A DNA stretch of 64,000 nt from NCBI GenBank assembly GCA_965219955.1, contig OZ244799.1:3840001-3904000 (forward strand). The letters are read 5' to 3'. Shown here piece by piece: positions 19,222 to 29,451 of the stretch (within the stretch, counting starts at the first letter, position 1; each line of letters begins with the position of its first letter). The notes below the pieces were generated by a model. That model was not told where the DNA came from and searched no databases. It saw only the letters and a program-made list of their open reading frames with translations. The position numbers were made by a program, and so were the translations under genes. This stretch comes from a bacterium (GTDB lineage Bacteria; UBA8248).

Positions 19222-21243
19222 ATGAGCCGGGAATTCAGCGGGGAAATCGACCCCATCACCCTGGAAGTCATCAACGAGTCCTTCGTCGCCGTCGTCCGGG
19301 AGATGCGCGCGAACATGGTGCGCACGGCGTATTCCTCCATCATCTACGAGGGGCACGATTTCTCCTGCGTGCTCGTGGACGGTGCGGGGCAACTCGTCGC
19401 CATGGCCGAGGACAACCCCGTCCACATCTTCCCCGTGCCGATGGAAGTCGGAGAAATGCTCGAGCGCTTCGGCGGCGACATCCACCCGGGCGACGTCTTC
19501 ATCCACAACGACCCCTATACGGGCGGCACGCACCTGAACGACGTGGCGATCATCTCGCCCCTGTTTCATGGCGAGCGAATGGCGGTCTACCCCGTCGTCC
19601 GCGCCCACTGGGGGGACGTGGGCGGCACGACGCCGGGGAGCATTTCCGGGAAAAACACCGAGATTCTCCACGACGGAATCCGTATCCCCATCTTGCGGAT
19701 CATCGAGAGAGGGGAGATCAACCAGGGGCTTCTCGACCTCCTGCTCCACAACATGCGGGTTCCCGAGGAGCGGCGCGGGGATTTCTTCGCCATGCTCGCC
19801 ACCTGCCACACCGCCCACAAGCGGCTGGAGGAACTTGCGGCGAAATACGGTTGGAGCGTCATACTCGCCGCGAAGGATCGCCTGCTCGCGCGCGCCGAGG
19901 CCTCCATGCGGCGCAGAATCGCGTCCCTGCCCGACGGGGAATCCATATACGAGCATTTCATGGATCACGACGGCCACTCGCTCGACCCCATACGCATCCG
20001 CGCGCGGGTCGAGAAGAAAGAAGATGAACTGATCGTCGATTTTCACGGAACCGACCTCCAGACCAAGGGCGCCTACAACGTCGGCCCCGCCATGGCGCCC
20101 TCCGCCGCTTTCAGCGTGATCAAGGCGTTCCTGGACCCCAAGGGTGCGATCAACCACGGGGCCTTTCGCCCGCTCGACATCCGGGTCGAGCCCGGCTCCC
20201 TGCTCTCGGCGCGATATCCCGCGAGTTGCGCGGGCTCCATGGAGGTGAGCCACGCCGTGGTCTCAGCACTCATCGGCGCGACCGCGCGCTTCGCATCCGA
20301 CGTCGTGACGGGCGACCTCAAGGGCACGTCGAACCACGTTTACATCGGCGGCAGAGACGCGCGAAGCGGGGAGCCGTTTCTCTTCTACGAGTTTCCGGCG
20401 GGCGGTACGGGAGGCTTCGCCGAGAGCGACGGCAACAACGCGACCCGCAATTTCACGGAAGGGGATTTCGCCTCGATTCAGTCGGTCGAGGTCATCGAAC
20501 AGGGCCAGCCGCTCAAGATCAGGGAACTGTCCCTGCACGCGGATTCGGGCGGGGCCGGCGAGCGGCGTGGCGGCCTGGGCCTGCACCGCGAGGTGGAGGT
20601 CCTGGCGGAGAATGCGCTGCTTTCCATCTCCTCGGACAAGAACGTCATCCCGCCCTTCGGCGTCCTCGGCGGCGGGCCGGGAAAGCCCAACCGCTTCGTC
20701 GTCGCGCGGGACGGGGAGACCCTGGCGCCTTCCGAAACGCCCGGCAAGGCGGCGGGTTTTCCTCTTGAGCGGGGCGACGTTTTCGTCATGGAGACATCGG
20801 GCGGCGGCGGTTTCGGCGACCCGTTTCAGCGGGATATCGAGTCGGTCCTCGCCGACGTGCGCGCGGGCTACGTGACCGAAGATGGCGCGAGGGAGGATTA
20901 CGCCGTCGTCGTGCGTGACGGCGTCCTGGATGAGGAGGCCACGCGCGCGCGCAGGCAGGCCGCCCGGGCGGCGAGGCGCGCGCTGACACTCGTTCTGAAA
21001 GACGAAGGCGCCGGAGGAGATTCCCGCCGCAGGTGTTTTATGAACCGGAAAACGCTGACAGGCCGTAATCTCGAACAAGGAGGTCTGGTCGAGTTGCGCG
21101 GAAAATGGGGGGTGCCGCTGCGCGCGTGGATGGAAACGGACGATGCGCTGCCCGATAACGCAGTGGGTCTAAGTGCGGACGGGGTCGTTATACTCGACGC
21201 AGATGTGGGAGACGGGGTCTATCTGTCCCCCGTGAGCGTGTGA
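19222..21243 (+). CDS. Hydantoinase B/oxoprolinase family protein with C-terminal extra domain
   Basis: DPITLEVI, RTAYSSIIYEGHDFS, NDPYTGGTHLND, HWGDVGG, SGGGGGFGDP. Confidence 0.9.
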   Translation: MSREFSGEIDPITLEVINESFVAVVREMRANMVRTAYSSIIYEGHDFSCVLVDGAGQLVAMAEDNPVHIFPVPMEVGEMLERFGGDIHPGDVFIHNDPYTGGTHLNDVAIISPLFHGERMAVYPVVRAHWGDVGGTTPGSISGKNTEILHDGIRIPILRIIERGEINQGLLDLLLHNMRVPEERRGDFFAMLATCHTAHKRLEELAAKYGWSVILAAKDRLLARAEASMRRRIASLPDGESIYEHFMDHDGHSLDPIRIRARVEKKEDELIVDFHGTDLQTKGAYNVGPAMAPSAAFSVIKAFLDPKGAINHGAFRPLDIRVEPGSLLSARYPASCAGSMEVSHAVVSALIGATARFASDVVTGDLKGTSNHVYIGGRDARSGEPFLFYEFPAGGTGGFAESDGNNATRNFTEGDFASIQSVEVIEQGQPLKIRELSLHADSGGAGERRGGLGLHREVEVLAENALLSISSDKNVIPPFGVLGGGPGKPNRFVVARDGETLAPSETPGKAAGFPLERGDVFVMETSGGGGFGDPFQRDIESVLADVRAGYVTEDGAREDYAVVVRDGVLDEEATRARRQAARAARRALTLVLKDEGAGGDSRRRCFMNRKTLTGRNLEQGGLVELRGKWGVPLRAWMETDDALPDNAVGLSADGVVILDADVGDGVYLSPVSV

Positions 21244-21308
21244 GCGGGTTCGGGAGTCGCCGGTAGTGCGATTTTTCCTGGCATGATGATGAAAGGAAGG
21301 CCGTTTCA

Positions 21309-23333
21309 TTGAGTCTCGTCGGAATAGACACCGGAGGAACCTTCACCGACCTCGTTTTCTATGATGAGGCCGAGAGGCGGATAGAGGTTTCCAAGATTCC
21401 TACGCTTCGGGGAAAGGAAGACGCTGTTTTTCTCCAAGGGGTCGAGAGTCTCGACCTCTCCGTCATCGGGCGCATCACGCACGGCACCACCGTCGGCACC
21501 AACGCGATCCTGGAAGGCGCGGGCGCGCGGACCGCGATTCTGACGACGCGCGGTTTCCGCGACGTTCTGGAGATCGGGCGAACGCAGCGCCTCGTCCCCC
21601 AGAGCCTGTTCGACCCGAAATTCGTCCGGCCCCGGCCTGTCGTTCCGCGGGAGCTGCGGCTCGAGATCGAAGAGCGCGCTCTGGCGGACGGGCGCATCGA
21701 GGTTCCGGTGGAGGAAGCGGAGGTCGGGCAGCGCGCCGGGGAACTGAGAGAACTCGGGGTGGAGGCGCTGGCCATCTGCTACCTGCACGCCTACGCCAAC
21801 GGGGAGAACGAAAGGCGCACGGCGGAATATCTCGAGAAATTGCTGCCGGGCGTATATCTCTCGCTATCGCATGAGGTCGTGCCCGAATACCGCGAGTTCG
21901 AGCGCTTCTCCACGGCGGCGCTCAACGCCTGTCTCGGCCCCAGGATCAAGAACTACGTGGGCCGTCTGGAAGGAGCGCTCAGAGAGAAGGGATGCCGCGC
22001 GCCCCTTTTCATCATGACATCGAACGGCGGGATGCTCGGCGCGGAGAGAGTAGCGCGGTTTCCCGTGCGCACGATACTCTCCGGTCCCGCCGGCGGCGTC
22101 GTGGGCGGGGTGTCGGTCGCCGAGTCGCTGGGTCTCGACCACCTCATCACCTATGACATGGGCGGCACCAGCACGGACGTTTGCCTCATCCGCGATCGCA
22201 GGCCCATCGTGAGCACGGAGAACGTCATCGGCGCCTATCCGCTCAAGACCTCGCAGCTTCAGATCAACACCGTGGGCGCGGGCGGGGGGAGCATCGCCTG
22301 GCGCGATGAGGACGGCGCGCTCCACGTGGGTCCCAGGAGCGCGGGCGCGCGTCCGGGGCCGGCGTGTTACGGGTTCGGGGGCGAGGAGCCGACGGTGACG
22401 GACGCGAACGTCGTCCTCTCGCGCATCGGGCCGCGCACCCGGCTGGCCGGGGGGCTCGAACTCCACCCCGAAAAGGCGGAGCGCGCTCTCTCATCGCTGG
22501 CCGGGGAACTGGGAATTTCCGGCGCGGTTTCGATGGCGCGCGGGGTGGTCGACCTCGCCGTCATGAGGATGGTGAGCTCGATCCGCGAGATTTCCATCGA
22601 GCGCGGCTTCGACCCCAGGGAACACACCCTCCTCGCCTACGGGGGCGCGGGGCCGCTGCACGCCGCCCTGATAGCGCGGGAACTCTCCATGACGAGCGTC
22701 GTCGTGCCGCGCTTTCCGGGGAATTTCTCCGCCGTCGGCCTCCTGATGGCGGACGCCGTGCAGGAAAACGCCGGGACGTGCTTCGTCGCTTTGGAAGACG
22801 CGCAGGAAAGCGCTTTGGAGCGCGTTTTCGAGAATTTGACGATTCCCTGCGCCGAACAGTTGCGCGGGGCCGGGCTGGATGAGATTCAAACGCTGCGCTA
22901 CGCCGACGTTCGCTACGTCGGACAGGCGTTCGAGCTCACCATTCCGGTTCCTGAGGCGAAGGGCTGGCTTGCAGCCCTGGGCGGTGAGTTCCACGCCCGC
23001 TACGAGGCGCGCTACGGGCATTGCCATCCGGGCGATCCGCTCGAGATCGTGAACCTGCGGGTGCGGGTGTCGGGCCTGGTGGACAAGCTGGGATGGGTGA
23101 AAGCGGGAAATCCCGGGTGCGGGCTGGATGACGCGCTCGTGGAGAGACGAAGCGTCGTGTTCGAGGAAGAGGTTCGTGATTGTCCCGTCTACGGGCGCGA
23201 TTCCCTGCCCACGGACGCCGAGATTAGCGGGCCTGCGGTAATCGAGGAATACGGCTCGAACACCTTGGTGCCTCCCGGCTGGACGGCGAGTCAGGACGCC
23301 GAGGGACATCTGCACCTGAGTGCATCGGGCTGA
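21309..23333 (+). CDS. Hydantoinase A/oxoprolinase family protein (ATP-binding subunit)
   Basis: GIDTGGTFTD, HGTTVGTNA, SGPAGG, DMGGTSTD, GAGGGSIA; TTG start. Confidence 0.92.
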   Translation: MSLVGIDTGGTFTDLVFYDEAERRIEVSKIPTLRGKEDAVFLQGVESLDLSVIGRITHGTTVGTNAILEGAGARTAILTTRGFRDVLEIGRTQRLVPQSLFDPKFVRPRPVVPRELRLEIEERALADGRIEVPVEEAEVGQRAGELRELGVEALAICYLHAYANGENERRTAEYLEKLLPGVYLSLSHEVVPEYREFERFSTAALNACLGPRIKNYVGRLEGALREKGCRAPLFIMTSNGGMLGAERVARFPVRTILSGPAGGVVGGVSVAESLGLDHLITYDMGGTSTDVCLIRDRRPIVSTENVIGAYPLKTSQLQINTVGAGGGSIAWRDEDGALHVGPRSAGARPGPACYGFGGEEPTVTDANVVLSRIGPRTRLAGGLELHPEKAERALSSLAGELGISGAVSMARGVVDLAVMRMVSSIREISIERGFDPREHTLLAYGGAGPLHAALIARELSMTSVVVPRFPGNFSAVGLLMADAVQENAGTCFVALEDAQESALERVFENLTIPCAEQLRGAGLDEIQTLRYADVRYVGQAFELTIPVPEAKGWLAALGGEFHARYEARYGHCHPGDPLEIVNLRVRVSGLVDKLGWVKAGNPGCGLDDALVERRSVVFEEEVRDCPVYGRDSLPTDAEISGPAVIEEYGSNTLVPPGWTASQDAEGHLHLSASG

Positions 23334-23351
23334 CTCATCTTTGGGAAACGC

Positions 23352-24317
23352 ATGAGCGAAGCGGTCAAATACGGATACGGCTACGGGATGCAGCCGGGCG
23401 AGGTTCCCTCCCACACAGATTTTCTGGGTTTCGCTGAAAAGGTGGAACAAGCCGGCTTCGATTCTTTCTGGCTGGACGATCACATCGCCTTTCGCGGCAA
23501 TTTTCTGGAGAGCCTCGCCGCTCTCGCCGCCGCGGCAGCCAGAACCGAGAGCATAACGCTCGGGAGCCTCGTCTATCTCCTGCCGCTGAGACGTCCCGCC
23601 ATCGCGGCGAAGGCGGCAGCCACGGTGGATTACCTGAGCGGAGGCGGGCGTTTCATCTTCGGCGTGGGTGTCGGGGGCGAGGACGCGCGCGAGTTCGAAG
23701 TTTGCGGCGTGCCCAGGGCCGAGCGCGGCGCGCGGACGGATGAGGCCATTGAAGTCATGCGCAAGCTGTGGACGGGCGAGGCGGTGAGCCACGAGGGGCG
23801 GTTCTTCCGCTTCTCGGGTGCGCGGCAAAGTCCACCGCCCTTGACCCCGGGCGGCCCGCCGATCTGGGTGGGCGGCAGGAGCGAGGCGGCGCAAAGGCGC
23901 GCTGCTCTTTCGGCGGACGGATACGCGCCCTATCTGTTCTCTCCCGCACGCTACGAGAAGGGGCTGGAGTGCGTTCGCCGCCTGGCCGCCGGGGCGGGGC
24001 GCGCGCTCGACGATCCCCAAAAGCCCTGGACGCCCGCGCTTCACCTGTTCGTGAACTTGCGGGAAAAAGAGAATGATGCGCTGGATCAAGGTGCGGAAAA
24101 CCTTTGCGTAAGGTATGGGATGGATATGCGCGAGGCGGCGAAGAGATACCTGCTGCGCGGCTCGGTTGCGCGTTGCGCCGAGCGAATCGACACATACTGG
24201 AAGGCGGGCGTTCGGCACTTCATCTTCAAGGCGGCCGCGCCCGCCGGTGAGGAGACGGAGCACATGATGCGGCTGGCAGAAGAACTCCTGCCCGAGGTGA
24301 AGCGCCATGTCGGCTGA
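23352..24317 (+). CDS. LLM-class (flavin/F420) oxidoreductase
   Basis: GFDSFWLDDH, ATVDYLSGGGRFIFGVGVG, PPIWVGG. Confidence 0.9.
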   Translation: MSEAVKYGYGYGMQPGEVPSHTDFLGFAEKVEQAGFDSFWLDDHIAFRGNFLESLAALAAAAARTESITLGSLVYLLPLRRPAIAAKAAATVDYLSGGGRFIFGVGVGGEDAREFEVCGVPRAERGARTDEAIEVMRKLWTGEAVSHEGRFFRFSGARQSPPPLTPGGPPIWVGGRSEAAQRRAALSADGYAPYLFSPARYEKGLECVRRLAAGAGRALDDPQKPWTPALHLFVNLREKENDALDQGAENLCVRYGMDMREAAKRYLLRGSVARCAERIDTYWKAGVRHFIFKAAAPAGEETEHMMRLAEELLPEVKRHVG

Positions 24318-25977
24318 GGCAAGCGGACACGTCGATACGTTCGCGCGGGATAATCTGCCGCCTGAGTCCCTGTGGCCGGAGATGGATTACGGCGTCCTGG
24401 CCGAGTTGGCCGCATATCCGGCGCGGATCAACGCGGGAGCCGTCCTCATCGACGAGATGGCCGCGGGCGATCAGGCCGGGCGGCCCGCGATTCATTATGG
24501 CGAGACGCTTACCAGCTACGGCGCGCTTTTGGAGAATGCGAACCGCATCGCCTCTGTAATGACCGGGCGCTTCGGCCTCGTGCCCGGAAACCGCGTTCTT
24601 CTTCGCGCTTCGAACCACCCCACGCTCGTGGCCGCGTGCCTCGCGGTGTTGAAGGCGGGCGGGGTCGTGATTCCGACCATGCCGGTGATGCGCGAGCGAG
24701 AACTGGCCTACGTGATCGAAAAGGCGAGGATCGGCTTCGCGATTTGCGACGACAAGCTGAGCGCGGATTTGCTGGCTGCGGCCAAGTCTTCCGAATCGCT
24801 GGAAAACATCGTTCTCTTTGGCAGTGATGGGCCAGACAGCTTGGAGGCCCTGATGGCCGAAGCCTCGCCCGAGTTCCCGAACGCGGACACGGCGGCGGAC
24901 GACGTGGCCCTCATCGGCTTCACTTCGGGATCGACAGGCACGCCCAAGGGCACGGTGCATTTCCACCGCGACCTGCTCGCCGTGGCGGATACGTTTCCCA
25001 AGTATCTCTTCAGTCTCGGTCCCGATGACGTCGTTTGCGGCAGTCCGCAGATCGCCTTTTTGTACGGGTTTTGCGCCTTCATCACCGACGCCCTGCGCTT
25101 CGGGGCCTCCTCGGTCCTGCTCGAACGTGGAACGCCGCGCGATCTTTTGGAAGCAATCGAGAGATACAAGGGCACGGTGTGCTTCAGCACGCCCTCGGGC
25201 TACAAGCAGATGCTCGACATCGCGGAAGGGTATGACCTCTCCAGCCTGCGCGCCAGCATCGCGGGGGGAGAGCCGCTCGAGCCTTCGGTGTTCCGCGAGT
25301 GGCGCGCGCGCACGGGTGTCTCGATTATCAACGGCCTCGGCATCTCGGAGCTTTTACACATCTTCATCTCGGCGAGCGGGGAGGAAATCCGCCCCGGAAA
25401 GATCGGCCGCGCGGTGCCCGGCTACGAGGTGCGCGTGGTGGATGAGGAGATGCGCGACACGCCCCCCGGCGAGGTGGGGGAGATGATAGTGAAAGGCCCC
25501 ACCGGGTGTCGCTATCTCGACGACCTGGAGCGTCAGCGGAACTATGTGAAGGACGGCTGGAACATGACGGGCGATCTCTGCCGCGTCGACGCGGAAAGGT
25601 ACATCTCTTTCGAAGCGCGAACCGACGACATGATCAACACCGGGGGATACAACGTGTCGGGCCTCGAAGTGGAGGCCGTACTCCTCGAACACGCAAAAGT
25701 GCGCGAGTGCGCGGTGGTGGGTTCGCCGAACGCCGAGCGCGGGGAGATCGTAAAGGCGTTTGTCGTCCTCTCGGGAAGCGACGAAGCAGGTGCCGAAGGA
25801 GCGGGGGATGCGCTCGTCCGGGAGCTTCAGGATTTCGTGAAGGCCCAACTCGCGCCCTACAAATACCCGAGAGCGGTGGAGTTCCTGGAAAGCCTGCCCT
25901 TGACGGCCACGGGCAAGATACAACGGGGCGCTCTTCGGAAGCTGGAAAAAGAGCGCGCGGGTGCCGGAGCGGGCTGA
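24307..25977 (+). CDS. Aryl-CoA ligase (benzoate/2-aminobenzoate-CoA ligase-like)
   Basis: N-terminal HVDTFARDNLPP typical of the aminobenzoate-CoA ligase group; FTSGSTGTPKG; APYKYPRAVEF; TATGKIQR. Confidence 0.85.
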   Translation: MSAEASGHVDTFARDNLPPESLWPEMDYGVLAELAAYPARINAGAVLIDEMAAGDQAGRPAIHYGETLTSYGALLENANRIASVMTGRFGLVPGNRVLLRASNHPTLVAACLAVLKAGGVVIPTMPVMRERELAYVIEKARIGFAICDDKLSADLLAAAKSSESLENIVLFGSDGPDSLEALMAEASPEFPNADTAADDVALIGFTSGSTGTPKGTVHFHRDLLAVADTFPKYLFSLGPDDVVCGSPQIAFLYGFCAFITDALRFGASSVLLERGTPRDLLEAIERYKGTVCFSTPSGYKQMLDIAEGYDLSSLRASIAGGEPLEPSVFREWRARTGVSIINGLGISELLHIFISASGEEIRPGKIGRAVPGYEVRVVDEEMRDTPPGEVGEMIVKGPTGCRYLDDLERQRNYVKDGWNMTGDLCRVDAERYISFEARTDDMINTGGYNVSGLEVEAVLLEHAKVRECAVVGSPNAERGEIVKAFVVLSGSDEAGAEGAGDALVRELQDFVKAQLAPYKYPRAVEFLESLPLTATGKIQRGALRKLEKERAGAGAG

Positions 25978-26112
25978 CGCATCGCGCAGGCTTCGCCGCC
26001 GGGGCCGGTTGCGTCCGGTGGTTTTTCGCTCATCCGGGGGAATTCCGGCAGCGTCTCACTTTGAAAACGGGAACGTCACGAAGGCGGGATATGAAACCGG
26101 CGGGTTCCGGCC

Positions 26113-26874
26113 TCAGCCTCCGGTTCGCTCGATGAGCACCCTTTGCCCTTCGATGAGCGCCCTGAATCCAGCCCTGCTTTCCTTGTTCTCTTCGATGAGT
26201 TCTCTGAACCCGGCCCTGCCTTCCCCCTGTTCTTCGACGAGCGCCCTGAGCGCGGACGTGCTTTCCCTGAGCGCGGCCCTGCTTTCCTCATGTTCTTCGA
26301 TGAACGCCCTGAACCCGGCTCTACTTTCCTCGTGCTCCTTGATAAGCGCCCTGAATCCGGCTCTGCTTTCCCCCTGCTCTTCGACGAGCGCCCTGAGCGC
26401 GGATGTGCTTTCCCGGAGCGCGGACGTGCTTTCTTCGTGTCCTTTGATGAACGCCCTGAACCCGGCCTTGCTTTCCTGATTTTCTTCGACGAGCGTCCTG
26501 AGGGCGGACGTGCCTTCCTTGAGCGTGGCCCTGCTTTCCTCATGTTCTTTGATGAACGCCCTGAACCCGGCCCTGCTTTCCTTGTTCTCTTCGATGAACT
26601 CTCTGAACGCGGCCCTGCTTTCCTCGTTTTCTTTGATGAGCGCCCTGAACCCGGCCCTGTCTTCCTTATGCTCTTCGATGAGAATCTTGAGCGCATTCCT
26701 GCTCTCTTTCATCTCCTCTACGCTTTCATCGATCTTCCGCATGTTTTCTTCATGGCGGCGGATGCTCTCGCGCTCCCTGGATTCCGTGCCGCGCTGCATC
26801 TGCAGGATCCCGTAGAATATCAAGCCGAGGCCGATGTATTGCCCGATGAGGCTGTATGTTTCATACGGGGTCAT
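26113..26874 (-). CDS. Membrane-anchored coiled-coil protein with 14/21-aa tandem repeats
   Basis: N-terminal hydrophobic helix; units EEHEESRAGFRALI and ESTSALR; GAGGTGGAG RBS. Confidence 0.75.
   Translation of the reverse strand: MTPYETYSLIGQYIGLGLIFYGILQMQRGTESRERESIRRHEENMRKIDESVEEMKESRNALKILIEEHKEDRAGFRALIKENEESRAAFREFIEENKESRAGFRAFIKEHEESRATLKEGTSALRTLVEENQESKAGFRAFIKGHEESTSALRESTSALRALVEEQGESRAGFRALIKEHEESRAGFRAFIEEHEESRAALRESTSALRALVEEQGEGRAGFRELIEENKESRAGFRALIEGQRVLIERTGG
26148..26680. repeat. 42/63-bp coding tandem repeat
   Basis: Recurrent GAGCGCCCTGAAYCCGGCYCTGCTTTCC units with no unique spacers. Confidence 0.9.
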
Positions 26875-27062
26875 GCGTCTTTCTCCACCTCTTCGCCGCG
26901 CCGTGTTCGACCGTCCCTTCGCGTCGTCCGGCCTTTTCCGTTCATCGGGGTCCGTAGCCGTTCTGCTTTCCCCCGCTGACGGAATACCAAAGTCTCATAA
27001 GGCCTCGGATGGTGTCAAGACTATATTTGAACGATCGGTATAATTATCCTCTGCCCGCCAAG

Positions 27063-27278
27063 GGGTTTGTTGAAAAAGTCATCCTTGCCAGGGGATAAAG
27101 GCAACCCCCCCTACCCCCCCTTGTCAGGGGGATAAAAAAAGCGCCGCCCCCCCGCCGTCGTGGTGGAGGGTTTTGCTCTTTCTTACCCCCCTGACAAGGG
27201 GGGGTAGAGGGGGTTGGTTTTCAAGCCGAGAGGGGTGTCCCCTCTACCCCCTGAAAAGGGAGCCTTTCCAACAACCCC
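27063..27278. mobile_element. MITE-like element, TIR family, cargo type A
   Basis: GGGTTTGTTGAAAAAG / CTTTCCAACAACCCC; arms CCCCCCTACCCCCCCTTGTCAGGGG and inverse; no TSD seen. Confidence 0.72.
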
Positions 27279-27496
27279 TCTCTTGTGTTGCGGCGGTTTT
27301 GAGAAACATGGTATTCTCTCTCAATATATTCATCATCAAATTATCCAATGCTCTTTCGGTATCACTGTGTTTCCTGTACAGAGGGCTAGAAAGAGAACCA
27401 CATCTTCTCAATACACAGTGTGCGCCCCGTCTCGGGGCGTTGATTGAGTCCATGACGCAAGCCGCGAATCCTGCGGCCCAGAGGGAGGCTGAAATC

Positions 27497-28543
27497 GTGG
27501 ATAACAGAAAGCATGTACGGGGTCTCATCTTCAAATCGGTTCTGGCGGTTATCCTGGGAGTGGCGCTCGTCTTCACGGCCGTCACGCCTTCGGAGTCGGC
27601 CGTCAAGCGGGTCGTCATCACCCAGGCGGTCGAGAGTCTCGCCTTCGTCAGCAACTACGTGGCGCGCGCGAACGGCTACTTCGCCGAAGAGGGTCTGGCG
27701 GCCGAGGTCATCTCCACGCGGGGCGGCGGGCCGGACATCAAGGCCAACCTTGCGGGCCAGGCGGATTTCTCCATCGCGGCGGGCACCTACCAGATCAACG
27801 CCGTGAAGGCGGGCGGCGCCCTCGTGGCCGTGATGAGCTGTCTTAACCGCAGCATCGTCAACTCCGCCATCCGAACCGACGTCGCCAAGAAGCTCGGCAT
27901 CACCGCCAAAACGCCCTACAAGGAAAAGCTCAAGAAGATGAAGGGCCTGACCGTGGGCGCCACGCGTCCCGGCGCGCTCACTTACAACCAGGGCGAATAC
28001 TGGATCCGCCAGGCCGGCTACACGCCCAACAAAGAAGTGAAGCTCATCGGCGCGGGCGCAGGCCCGGTGCTCGTCGCAGCGCTGCAGCGCAACAAGATTC
28101 AGATAGCGATCCAGACGATTCCCGTGCCGGAGACGGCCATATTCAAGGGCATCGGCATTCCCTTCGTCACGAACTCCGCGGGCGATGACCCGGAGATGGA
28201 TCAGTTCATGATGGAGGTCCTGCTCGTGCGGCCCGAATACGCGAAGAAAAACCCCGAGACCGTCCGCAAGGTAGTCCGGGCGCTTCTCAAGGCCAACAAC
28301 TGGATCGCCAAGCACAGCGCGGAGGATATTCGCAAGAAGATCCAGCTCTACTTCGCCAAGACCGACAAGAACCTGCTGCGCGTGAGCATCGAGGCGGTGA
28401 AGACGGCCGTCTCGCTCGACGGGAAAATCACCCAGCGCGCGGTGGACATCACCCAGAACCTGCTCATCGCCGCGGGCAAGCTCAAAAAGGCGTTCCCCAG
28501 GAGCACCCTGGTGACGGACGAGTATCTGCCCGGCAAGATGTGA
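27497..28543 (+). CDS. NitT/TauT-family ABC substrate-binding protein
   Basis: GYFAEEGL, KGLTVG, KKNPETVRKVVRAL; signal peptide; GTG start after GGGAGG. Confidence 0.85.
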   Translation: MDNRKHVRGLIFKSVLAVILGVALVFTAVTPSESAVKRVVITQAVESLAFVSNYVARANGYFAEEGLAAEVISTRGGGPDIKANLAGQADFSIAAGTYQINAVKAGGALVAVMSCLNRSIVNSAIRTDVAKKLGITAKTPYKEKLKKMKGLTVGATRPGALTYNQGEYWIRQAGYTPNKEVKLIGAGAGPVLVAALQRNKIQIAIQTIPVPETAIFKGIGIPFVTNSAGDDPEMDQFMMEVLLVRPEYAKKNPETVRKVVRALLKANNWIAKHSAEDIRKKIQLYFAKTDKNLLRVSIEAVKTAVSLDGKITQRAVDITQNLLIAAGKLKKAFPRSTLVTDEYLPGKM

Positions 28544-28567
28544 GCGATAACTTCCGACTCTGACAAA

Positions 28568-28605
28568 CCGCCGGGGAGAGGCCGCTTTCGGCTCCTCCCC
28601 GGCGG
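28568..28605 (+). terminator. Stem-loop after SBP gene
   Basis: CCGCCGGGGAG..CTCCCCGGCGG. Confidence 0.5.
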
Positions 28606-28621
28606 CGGAGATTCATAACCG

Positions 28622-29425
28622 GTGCCTCCAATTCTCTCTATCAAGAACCTGCAAAAAGAATTCTTCTCGCGGGGAAACCGCGTGCTCGCCGTCGAGGATT
28701 TGAGCCTCGACATCGAAGAGGGCGAGTTCCTCACCATCGTGGGGCCGAGCGGCTGCGGGAAGTCCACGCTGCTGAACTGCATCATCGGGCTGGTGCACCC
28801 CACCTCGGGCGTCATCACCTACAAGGACAGGAAGCTGCACGGCATCAACACCGATATCGGCTACGTTCCGCAGTCGGACTATCTCTACCAATGGCGCACG
28901 CTCATCAACAACGTCGCCTTTCCGCTGGAGATGCGGGGAGTCGATCAAAAAACCAGACACGACAAGGCGCGCGAACTCATCCAGCGCGTCGGCCTCGCGG
29001 GGTTCGAGGATCACTACCCCCACGAGCTCTCGGGCGGGATGCGCCAGCGGGCCAACATCATACGCACTCTTATCTATGACCCCGATGTCATCCTGATGGA
29101 CGAGCCCTTCGGGCCCCTGGACGCCCAGACGCGGATCATCCTTCAGGACCAGCTTCTGAAACTCTGGCGCGAGGCCAGAAAAACCGTCATATTCATCACG
29201 CACGACCTCGTGGAGGCCATTGCGCTTGCCGACCGGGTCGTCGTCATGACGAGCCGGCCCGGCAACTTGAGGAGCGTCGCCGAAGTGGACATCCCGCGTC
29301 CGCGCGACGTGTTCACCATCCACAGCGAGGAATCGTTCCGCAAAACCTACGACAAGCTGTGGCAGGAGTTGCGCGAGGAGGTCCAGCGCAGCGAGGATTG
29401 GATGAAAAACGGGTCCGCGGGTTAA
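28622..29425 (+). CDS. NitT/TauT ABC ATP-binding protein
   Basis: [33 protein letters not shown]. Confidence 0.92.
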   Translation: MPPILSIKNLQKEFFSRGNRVLAVEDLSLDIEEGEFLTIVGPSGCGKSTLLNCIIGLVHPTSGVITYKDRKLHGINTDIGYVPQSDYLYQWRTLINNVAFPLEMRGVDQKTRHDKARELIQRVGLAGFEDHYPHELSGGMRQRANIIRTLIYDPDVILMDEPFGPLDAQTRIILQDQLLKLWREARKTVIFITHDLVEAIALADRVVVMTSRPGNLRSVAEVDIPRPRDVFTIHSEESFRKTYDKLWQELREEVQRSEDWMKNGSAG

Positions 29426-29451
29426 AGCGAGCGGATGAGAGGGGGATCCCC

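Noticed and set aside
22491-24308. Long antisense ORFs (also 10369-12060, 45066-46538, 55306-56886, 61903-63294 and others)
   Set aside because: Shadow frames of well-supported genes in high-GC DNA, with no motifs.
26148-26680. Possible CRISPR array
   Set aside because: Contiguous in-frame degenerate repeats with no unique spacers and no cas genes; this is a coding repeat.
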